Of a DNA stretch of 64,000 bases, positions 54,026 to 64,000 are shown piece after piece. Position 1 is the first letter of the stretch, and every line of letters begins with the position of its first letter. The position numbers and the translations under genes were made by a program. The notes below the pieces were generated by a model. It was not told where the DNA came from. It searched no databases and was given only the letters and a program-made list of their open reading frames with translations. The stretch is from Tubulanus polymorphus (taxonomy: Eukaryota > Animalia > Nemertea), in assembly GCF_964204645.1 (NCBI RefSeq), contig NC_134031.1, positions 1,364,001 through 1,428,000 of the forward strand. Reading direction: 5' to 3'.

Positions 54026-54260
54026 GGCCAACCCTAGAATTTGCACGATTCACAACCAGGCCAACCCTAGGATTTCCTCGATTCACAAACAGGCCAACCC
54101 TAGAGCTTCCATGATTCACAACCAGGCCAACCCTAGGATTTCCACGATTCACAATCAGGCCAACCCTAGGATTTTCACGATTCACAACCAGGCCAACCCT
54201 AGGATTTCCTCGATTCACAACCAGGCCAACCATAGAGCTTCCATGATTCACAACTAGGCC
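54026..54260. repeat. Second array of the 33-bp GGCCAACCCTAGG minisatellite, ~7 copies
   Basis: Same unit and orientation as 41439-41820, more diverged. Confidence 0.93.
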
Positions 54261-54887
54261 AAACAAGCGCAAACAAGGGTGGGTATGGTTCAACCTTGTC
54301 CTCTTACACCGGCAAAATTGGTCCTAAAGAAGTCAAGAGTTAAGGATAGGAAAGTAAGTCAGAAAAAACAATTTCGTTTCATTTTCACCTTATCTGAGTA
54401 AGGCCGGACCGGAACTAAATTACTTGTAATCTGATTGATGCAGTTTGCTTTGTTTTTGTCGACAGCAACAACCCCCAGTCCAAAAATCAATAAACACCAT
54501 TTCAAGCGTCAACGAATCTTATATTCTTCATGAATAAAAATACATTATGATATAAAATAGGATGGGACTTCATTAAAATCTCGAATATCAAATAGAATAT
54601 ATTATCTATTAAATGAGTACATTGTATATAATAACATATTGTAGCACAGCACCATTTAGAAAGATCACAAACTCTACACGATAAACATTGGGGTGGTTTT
54701 ACAATTGCTGACTAATTATCAAAAATTTTATTTCAATATAACTAGAAATATTAAACAAATAGGAAGTTAAAACTTATCTTAAACATTACAAAATAAAATT
54801 GTTCACAAATAATCACAGTTTTTATGGTATAGCCTAATTGAGACATTCTCCCGGTGTCAAAAATTAATTTCATGTACGTACAGTAGC

Positions 54888-57800
54888 TTATTTTGGAGAA
54901 AAGTTCAAATAATCTTCGAGCCATTTGTTTGCAGTGACTCGTTTTTCGGGTTGCGATTTCCACGAGTCTAACATCAATCGTTTCCACTCGCGCACAACCG
55001 ATTCATTGCTCCTGTCAGCAGCTATCGATTGTAAATCGGGTCGATTGGTTTCGACGTATTTCAGAAAGTCGTTTACGGTTTTTGGCGATTTAGGAGACGT
55101 CAATTCAGCGTCGTAAGCTCGATCACCGGTCCACATTTCCCACATCATCAGCCCGATCGCGTACATATCAGCCGCTGCGTGATATTCCCCAATTCGGAGC
55201 ACTTCGGGGGCAATATATCGATATGGTGTTGGGTCGTCTTTTGAAATATCCGGCAACTTTCGATGATTCGAAGAGAAATTGACCAATTTGATCATGTTGT
55301 CTTCAACAACCTGAAAATAACAAAGAATCTAATATTTCATCGAACAGACACCGAGACCCAGTCGTTCCGTATTTGTGAATAAAAACCCAAGATCACAACA
55401 TGGAAAATTAACGTATCTTATAATCTTAACTCAAAGTTTACTCTACAGCTTTGGAATCTGATTCAGAATTCAGGGTAAAACTTTAACTGACAACTGTTGA
55501 ACTGGATCCTCATTTAGGTCACCACATTTTTATAAAATAAGTTTAAACCTTATGACTCTTTAAATACTGATTTGTCTTGAATGAGTAAACTCAGGCAAAA
55601 GGCATTCTATATTTCAAGGGCATCTTTGAGTACCAGTAAAATTGTGGATTGACAAAATATCCTTTCTGGAGCAGAGCATTCAAGTAGTCTAGTACGTAGT
55701 CATAGTTCACGAAACAAGGTAGGGGAAACGTATATTGTCTGGTATTCAGACAAGGTGTATTTAACATACAGAGGAACCTCATAACAATGAACTTCTGGCG
55801 ACCTGAAAAATGTTTGTTTAGTTTTAGGACGAAATTCTGTGTTTGTATCCAAGGCCATTAACTATTGAGTAAGTCATAGCGCGTCTTACCGCAACTGTGT
55901 CGAGAGACAGGTCAAAATGTGTCATTTTCTTGTCATGCAGATATCGAAGGCCTTCGACGATTTGTCTGATGATTGAATTGATCTCACAGATTTTTGATGT
56001 CACGTCGTCGATGGTTGGTATCAATGAGATCATGTTGTATTCGCGCAGCGCGTACAGAATCGGGTCCAAAATAAAATGCATCGAATCATTGTCGACCTGC
56101 ACTATACCGTAGAACTTCACTAATCGACTGTTACACTGGTATCTACAAAACAGAATTGAATACCTTTAAATCAATTGAAAATTTTAAACGATATAGACTC
56201 TTATTGCAACTTGGTTTCCATAGACAAACGAATGTCAAAGGCAATTGATGAAAAAAAACACACAAAAAGAAGTACAACTATAAGATAATTTTGATGCGGA
56301 GCTATTTTCAAAAGCAGATTTATTTTGGAAGAGTTATGCTACTTTTAATGCGGTATGGTCAATTTTAGGATGAATGGCTTTAGTTCTCTAGAACTAGTTC
56401 ATCTGCAGTGCAATGTTTCAACCTTAGAGTCAGAATTTGAAAACAGCGGAACTGGATTCCGATCTGCATTACCTGAATATGAAAAGATACAAACCCATGA
56501 GCGTATGTCATTTCTTCATCTAAATAACAATTCATATCTTCAGGCGAAATTGGTTTTTTGTAGCTACGAATGGAAACTCGATCTGCGCCTCGTATGGAAC
56601 CATCGCAAATATCAGCGAGCAAATTCTTCATTACTTTTCTTTCACTCATAACAACATCGCTGTTGAAATACTTATGTATGCTGTTAGTTCGCTGGCTGCT
56701 GCAGGTTGACATTAAACTGAACAATTCAAAATGATAAAGTCGATTTCGAATTGTCACAATGCTATTTTTTAGACCAGGATACAAGGCAAGATCTCCTTCT
56801 TTACCCGTGCCTTTTAGTAGAATATCAATCTGTCTTTTGTCTGCTTCTATCAGTTCTGGAATTACGTCTTCCAGGTCAGTCACCATTTCAACTGCCGGTT
56901 TGAGAATATCTTGCACGTGGTCTTTCAGAGCATTCTTGCAAAAATCTTTCAACGACATTTTCATAACCTTTGAGATGAATTCTTTCGGATTTTCCTGATA
57001 GCGAACTAACATTATTTCAAAGTTCATCGCTTGTACTTGTTCTTGGATGTACAAAATGCCGTAATACATCAAACCCGGTAAACCTAAAATAAGGGCAGCC
57101 GGTGCCCATATTGGCACTGTAAGTCCAACAGCGACTTTCCTCGCTGTAGTCTTAACGCTCGAATCAACCATGTCGATGATCGCTCGCGAGACTCTTTGAG
57201 TTTGTGGACGCACAGATTTTGAAGGGTCAGCAGACGTCGTATCAACAGCATGAGTTTCCAAAACGGTTGAAATCCTATCGAGTTTCAGTAGAATATCACC
57301 GTACATTTTATTATATCTTTCAACGACTTCAGGACAAACTCGAGCAAATCTTTTCTCCTTTGATTCCCAATCGTTTATGTGACGTTTCAACTCTTTAGCG
57401 AATATTTGTTTCAGAGTTTTTTGAAAAGTGTCCACTCCTTGAATTTGTGAATTCATCCCGTCGTTGCAGCAAGAAGTACAAATATCTTCAACAACTTCAT
57501 CTGTAAATCAAAGATTTCATAAATCACCCTTGATTACCGTAAACTAAAAACATTTCTGTATGATATGCGATTTACCTTTCAGCAAAAACGCTTTTAAATC
57601 TTTGGAAATCATTTTTACTTCATCTTCGACATATTTTCTGAGTGATTTCATTTGTTTCTCTGAATATTCACTGAGTTTTTTAATGCTCGCGCGCGAATCT
57701 TCCAGCAGCCGTTTGTTATCCTCGGCCGATTTGTGGCATTTATTCATATTTCCGCTGATTTGACGAAATAACCGTTTCACAAAACTTTGAATCCAGCTAG

Positions 57801-60717
57801 ATAAAAAAGAATTCATATCTTTCAATCGCTGATCTATGAATCATGGAATTTATTTGTTCATAGAAAATCATCATCTCTGCTCTATGCTGTAAATTAATCA
57901 AAATGAAATAAAGTAGATTCCAGTCACATGGGATCTTTTTGAACCATATAAATTATCCCAACTTGAGAGCGAAAGCAGAGTTGGATGTTATATAATTCAG
58001 GGTCAGAAAAATAATATCTGACCCTAGTTGAACAGTTATCTCAAAGATAATTATTTTACTCGAACGATCATCTCTGAGTCAAACAGTTATCTTCACGAGT
58101 TAAAAAGTCTCGAAGTTCATCGGATCCAACTTGAGAGTTATCTGTTTAAATTAAGATTTGATACTTACCAATAGGAATATGTTAGTTTATTCTCAAGTCC
58201 GTTAGGAATTAAACGCTTTATTCCATCAAGCAGTGCTATGAATTCTGGAGTCATACAGCCACCAAGCTCTTTAGGATATGCATTTTCAGCTAATTCAGCT
58301 TCTAAAGCGCTGAAGGGAATCACTTGTTCATCTTGTAAACCGGTCCAAACTTTTGCCAGCTTTTTCCTGACTTTTGACAAAACCATTTCGCGATCGGCCA
58401 ACTTAACCTGAAAAAAAACCCTGATCTTACGAATTCACGTTAAACGACTTTTGTAGATGAACATTTGAATTTTCTGACTCACCAGATCCCATTGATTACA
58501 CACAAATATCGCGCTTTGAGGTAAAAACATTCTGCGATCATCTAATGACTTGAGTTCAGTAACTTTATGAAGTAAACTGACGAGCTGTAAACAATTCAAT
58601 TTCATATGATCACAAGTTTGATTAAAAAGTTTGACGGAATCGTTTGAAATGCTATGTTCAGCATATCTTACAATTTCATCATTCTCAGGTTGATGCTAGA
58701 GAACATTTTATCAACAACATGGACAGTAGATCTTCAACCCTAACAAGGTGAGTACCGACAGTAGCAGAGGCGCAAGTCATACTCCCTTAAATGCATTATG
58801 GGTTTAAGGCTTCACTGATCAGAGTTAAATAAGCTTACGCAATTCATGGCTCTTTATATTTTGAAGGACACTAGAAAATTTGTTTAACTAATTTGTTTTA
58901 GATTTCATCACTTACTCGATCTTCTTGAACTCCCAGTCTATTAGTAACATTCACTACGTAAAGGAAAGCAGACGCATTCACGAGTTCATCGATGACCATA
59001 TTAGTAAGACCAGGAACATCACCAATACCAGGACTATCTACTATCGTAATACCATCCTATGAAATACACAAGATATAAGGAGGAACCTTAAGAATGGGAA
59101 GATGACTATTAGGGTACAGTCAAAATATTGAATGAATTCTGCTCAATTCTTTAGATTTTACATTATCATTACAACACCGACTCATAGAGTGTTTCATCAA
59201 AATTGGTCTAGGGTTGGTGTCTCTAGTATCTTAACCTTACCTCCAAAAAATCATTATTCAAATATATGACCACTCTAGCGTAACGACCTCTATCGCTGTT
59301 TTCACCCTTGCGTTGTATATATTCAGCGAGATCCTCGGTGAAATCCGGACCGTCGCTCAGTAATACCTTGTCTCCTTCTCCAGGCCACGGAAAAACCTCA
59401 GCGTAGCGTTCATCAGTTTGAGATTTTGTGATTTCACAGATTGTGAATGTGTTGCTCTCGAAGTTTGATGGAAGCATGACTTCTCCGAGTAAACTATTCA
59501 GCAGCATAGTTTTACCGGCGACTAGTTCTCCTACAACATCAATTATATTCATATCAACATTAGGCTAAACAAAGATGATACCTTGTTTCTCCGCAGCAGC
59601 TGGGTCTGGCGGGTGTGTTATGGTAAAATTGATCACAATCTTTTAAGTAATGTACAGGGTAGATAGGCGGCCGGACAGGGTCAAGTTTTAAGCTCAGCAG
59701 AGCGTGAGAAACAAGGTATCAATTTTTTTCAGTCTTATTTGGCTATTTGTTCCAATGTTATTGTCCAAACCAAAACTATTAACATCTTTGTCTAAAGCAG
59801 AACATCAAGTTAAGAAATCAATCTTTTGCCCAAACACCCTTCGGTATCAGTAAATAGGCCTAGTACCAAACAAATAGTGGTTGCAGCAATAAGATCAGCA
59901 TACCGGCGATTAGAATTCTGAAATTGGTTTTTTCTAATTTAGCGATGTGTTCATCGATCAATGACATGAAGTTAGGAACGATTTCTTCCATCTCTACGTA
60001 AAGTCGATCGTCCTGACTCTGAACATCAATCATCAAATCCTTCAAATTTTCCAATGATGACTTCAATTCATTGCAACTTCGCTCATAATTCCTCGCTAAA
60101 TCTGTGAACACCTCGGCTGGCTGAAAAAAAATCAATACTTGGACCTGACTGCAGTGAACTGATATAAATCTCAGTGTAGAGTTAACGAATAAAACCCACA
60201 GTTACTTCTGTAAATAACAGTTTATTGCCTTACAGTTTCGAGGTTAAAACTAAACCTCATCTTCAGAGGAAAAAAAAAATCAAATTTTTTGTTTAAAACT
60301 AAACCTCATCTTCGGAGAAAAAGAAAATTACATTTTTTCTTCGACCTCTGAAGATGAGGTTTAGTTTAAACATCGAAACTGTAAGGAAATAAACTGTTTG
60401 TACGAATCTACTGTGGGTTTTTATTCGTTATACTTGGACCTGTTTCTGTATCGATAGCTGCAAGTATTGTCCTAATTAAGGCACTTATCTTTAAAACTGT
60501 CTTGAAAAAATGTAGACGTAAAATTACAAACCTCTCTCCTTTCATGTAGTTGTGTGTAATTATTTTTGTAGTAGTAAATACGTAGACAACGTTTCAATCC
60601 TTCCAGGTCCGTAGCTTGTTTATAGTTCGGTACAGATTTAGCGCGGCACAAATTACGCGCTTCGAAAGCGTTCAACTTTTCGATTCGCTCCAATGAAAGC
60701 TCCGTCTGCATTTCCAT
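54888..60717 (-). CDS. DSTYK-like dynamin-family (Dynamin_N/mitofusin-like) GTPase fused to a C-terminal pseudokinase, 10 coding exons
   Basis: G1 ILIAGELVAGKTMLLNSLLG, G2 NTFTICEI, G3 IVDSPGIG, GVQEDRL, G4 FVCNQWDL; helical region and hydrophobic VAVGLTVPIWAPAALILGLPGLMYYGI; kinase fold LVKFYG, QIVEGLRYLH, YIAPE, ADMYAIGLMMWEMWTG. Approx exons: 60532-60717, 59904-60120, 59241-59530, 58916-59056, 58483-58584, 58168-58407, 57576-57796, 56495-57501, 55890-56142, 54888-55310. Confidence 0.85.
60228..60269 (-). ncRNA. Minimal type-I hammerhead ribozyme motif (sense to the host pre-mRNA)
   Basis: CCT-CTGAAGA-T-GAGGTT-TAGTTTT-AACCTC-GAAA-CT-GTA-AGG; perfect 6-bp stem II, GUA triplet, CCT/AGG stem I. 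Confidence 0.68.
60345..60386 (+). ncRNA. Minimal type-I hammerhead ribozyme motif (inverted partner)
   Basis: CCT-CTGAAGA-T-GAGGTTTA-GTT-TAAACATC-GAAA-CT-GTA-AGG; one mismatch in stem II. Confidence 0.62.
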
Positions 60718-60865
60718 AACAACAGCTTAAAATCATCATAATACCATAGTTAGTAGCCGGCTAGAAAATACAACCCCAGACCGACCAGACACATGTACGA
60801 GATTGTCACACGATGTAAATTGACGATGTTAACAGATACTGGTAAGATTCAAGAATAGGGGACTA

Positions 60866-60897
60866 GAGGTTAGGATTAGGGTTAGGGTTAGGTTTAG
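60866..60897 (+). repeat. Short interstitial telomere-like (TTAGGG)n tract
   Basis: GGTTAGGATTAGGGTTAGGGTTAGGTTTAG: two perfect and several degenerate units. Confidence 0.6.
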
Positions 60898-61738
60898 TTC
60901 CCTAATCATCATTAATTACTATATACATTACTATCATTATATCTCATCATTATCAATTACTAATATTATAACTTAATTGATTACTATCACTACATATATA
61001 TCGCTATAGTCCCCTGAAAGGACAGGTACTGGTATAATCTTGTAACAAGGCCCTGTGAATGGTGACGATACCATTGTGTGAACAGCCCCTGTTGGTGGGT
61101 GGGTGGATTTGCTTGGGTTTAGAGCCTTCTTGAGCAGTAGGCATGATGGTAGGTGACAGATTCAAATTTGTTCATTTCATTAAAGCAATTAGAATTTATA
61201 ATTTACAGTTCAAAACTCCGATATAACATTAAGGATCTTTCCATCATATTTACTTTATCACTTTTATCACGTTTAAGGCGTTATGGGCACCATCGAATTC
61301 ATATTGTAAAGATTTCCGGGTTGGGTTTTCCCGCACCAGGAAGTAAGCTATGGACTGCGAATCGGACGTTATGCTCATAATTGCACCGGCAGGTGAGGAA
61401 GCAGGCGAGATTTCCCCGCTTGCCAGAGTATACTTCACTCACTCGCCATGGGCTCCTTCTCTAACCATTGCTTACTTTTTCGAGCGGCTGGGCATCCACA
61501 TCAGCAACGATATTAAAAAATAGAAATACAGAATTAGTTGATTGATTTAGATATCAGTGGGCGGCGCCGGGGACCATATCACTCGGAAGCGTCTGACTCA
61601 TTTTTTAAATCTCGGAATGGGCACCTGCTTGAGTAAACGTTAGTTTACTGATGTGATATTTATTACATTCTATTCAGCGTTGAAAACAAGTGTACAAATT
61701 CTCACGTTTCATTTCAGTTTTATATCAAATAGAAAATC

Positions 61739-63793
61739 ATGGATTATTATCGGCATGGATATATTCCGTAGGTTTCACAATTAATTCGGCAGTTTTTTGA
61801 ACCTCGGTCGTCACAAAACAAGATTAGTAAATAAATGGTTGACACGTATCACACGCATTGTAGTTTTCTCCAGTGTTTTAAGTAATTGATCTTGTTCTGT
61901 AATTGATCTAAACACAATTATTTGATTTGATGTATTGTATATAATTTTAGTGGTTTGATGTTGGCAGTTACTTTGTTACTGTTCATACCATCGTTATATG
62001 CGACAGGTACGTCAAAATTATTTCACTTCCTGTTTTGACTTGGTCTCAATAGAAATAGGCTTTATATATAGGAATGGATAGATGTGCAAATACAAACGAT
62101 TTTACTTGAAAACCTATTGAGAATTACATTATGCCATTATTATAATGGGTAAGATATTAGTATATTTTCTTCAGACCCGAACACTAATAGCCCGTGCCCG
62201 TCTGGTTGGATTAGTCGGGGACGATCGTGTTATTTCATCTCGGATGAGAAGTTAACCTGGGCCGCCGCTCGGGCGAAATGTTTACTGTTAAACTCTACAT
62301 TAGCCGTAAACAGCAACCCGAATGAGAATCAGTTCTGGAAACGGCAGATTGTCGACAAAACGCGATCATGGTTCATGTTGTTTACGGAGCCTCGGTGGTG
62401 GTTGGGTGCTGCTCGCTATGGTCGCAAGGCTGAGGATGATGATATATCAACAGATACCGGTAAGAGAGAACACTTCCAAATTCACGATGAGAAATGTTGG
62501 AAATGAACCTGTATGGTGTCAAGTTGATAAACACGATGACTTGAAATGAGGAGTTTTCGCTACTAGTGCATACATACATCTTCACGTTGATCGAATCCAT
62601 CCAAACAGTTACATTGATAATCTTACCTCCATTCAATAGGATCCATATTTTCGGGATTTTTCAAGAAGGTAGCTGGATTTTTTGGACTCGGTGCCGATCA
62701 AGAGGACACCCTTGATTCCAGTGCGTAGTGGATCGAAAATCATCATTACAAAAAGTCTTATCAGTTATGCAAATTATCCTTTTTTATTTTTCATATCTAT
62801 ACGAAAGAATGGATTTGGGAAGATTGGTCGACAGCGCCTTTGACAAGATACTATTGGATTCATAAACCGGATGATTCTGATAATCTGAAATGTTTGATGT
62901 TGCGGCTCAGTGGTTTGTGGCAATCTGAAAACTGTGCCGAAAAGAACTATTACATTTGCGAAAGAACAAGCGGAGGTTAACTAAATTCATCATTACTGTG
63001 AATTCATTGCGACATATAATGAATGCAAGATTTTTTCGAACTTATTTCATTGAAAATTTCTGTTCCAAACGGATATTTTCAGAGCGATATATTCAACAGT
63101 TTTCGGAACGCCCGTCATCGCTGATTTGCCCGGGAAAGAAGCGAATTAAACTGACCACGTGGCGAATCGGTCCGGACTGGAGCGATGCGAAAGCAGACCC
63201 GATGAAATGTCCATTGTCGAATACGGCAAGTATACTTATTTACACAAAGATTAGAACTGTGAAGATTTTGTGAATAACGGCCTCGATATTCGAAAGGTAA
63301 AAAAGAGTTAAATTTAGTTTTTGTGTCAGGTTATGGACGACTGGTCGAAAGCTGTCTCAGTTTGCGACGGAAAAACGAGATGTGATTATGATTTCAAAGC
63401 TGTTTATGCTTATGACGTTTGTAACGAGGTCAAAAAGGTTTCCTACTTGCAGTATTCGTGTATTCGCCCTACAGGTAATCAGACGATCTCACTGAACTCC
63501 TGACATTCATGGTCCCGGCTTCTTGTATCAGGAATAAATTACAACATCTGCTAAACGACTCATACGTTTTAAACATTTCCGGGATTGTTCTTTCTATAAT
63601 GAAGTTCGTTTTCAGTTTGTCCCAATACGACAAAAACAGTTAAAACATGGATCACACGGAACAGAATGTGCTACGGGAGTCACACACGAGTGACCAATTC
63701 ATACGAGTCAGAATACCAGTGTCAAACATACAGCCGTTTAGGTCATCTATTAAGCATTTTAGACCCGGAAGAAAATGAATGGATAAAACCATC
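61739..63793 (+). CDS. Secreted or membrane multidomain lectin: signal peptide, C-type lectin domain, SUEL/Gal-lectin-like domain, start of a second C-type lectin domain; 3' end beyond the window
   Basis: MDYYRHGYIP|GLMLAVTLLLFIPSLYAT; CPSGWISRGRSCYFISDEKLTWAAARAKC...WWLGA...WIWED...C..L..SGLWQSENC...YYICER; LICPGKKRIK...VSVCDGKTRC...DVC.EVKKVSYLQYSC; CP...CY...C......HLLSILDPEENEWI. Confidence 0.8.
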
Positions 63794-64000
63794 GTAAGTT
63801 GAATATTTCTAATCTATATTTTTAAAGATCGATTCGTCGATTAGAAAAGTATCATATTTCTTTTCGAAGTATGTATATAATCGTTAATTAGTCGTAGTAC
63901 TATGATATTGATGGAAGCTCGCACTGTCCAATCAGAATCAGCCCGTCTTGACTGGCTTTCTGCGATTAATCGTCAGTTCTGTCCCTATGTCGTCGACGAA

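Larger units (their letters stand above)
60135..60442. mobile_element. Penelope-like fold-back element: 13-bp TSD, ~35-nt tail, inverted arms each with a hammerhead core
   Basis: ATACTTGGACCTG at 60135-60147 and 60430-60442; arm 60183-60269 inverted against 60345-60430; partial third copy at ~60291-60316. Confidence 0.78.

Overview
Eukaryotic, AT-rich, intron-containing genomic DNA from an animal, probably a marine lophotrochozoan-type invertebrate (inferred from gene content and small introns). Seven spliced genes can be assembled by hand: GCLM (+), RABL6 (-), a FAM166/CIMIP2 ciliary microtubule inner protein (+), DUSP12 (-), a large secreted protein (signal peptide, Thr-rich stalk, PAN/apple, EGF, 2 TSP1, SRCR, 22 TSP1, CNTNAP-type fibrinogen-like domain) (-), a DSTYK-like dynamin-family GTPase fused to a pseudokinase (-), and a C-type lectin/SUEL-lectin multidomain gene (+) that runs off the window. 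The ~41-54 kb stretch has no intact protein gene. It holds minisatellites, inverted arms with G-quadruplex-prone tracts, a decayed RPA-like OB/zinc-ribbon ORF and a multi-exon, apparently non-coding unit. Most notable observations: (1) small intronic fold-back elements, two with 13-bp target duplications, carry minimal type-I hammerhead ribozyme cores (Penelope-like); (2) the GTPase-membrane hairpin-pseudokinase fusion; (3) a 33-bp repeat made of the last ten codons plus stop of the TSP1 gene; (4) two GC-AG introns. All exon boundaries and folds are manual reads, not computed or expression-verified.
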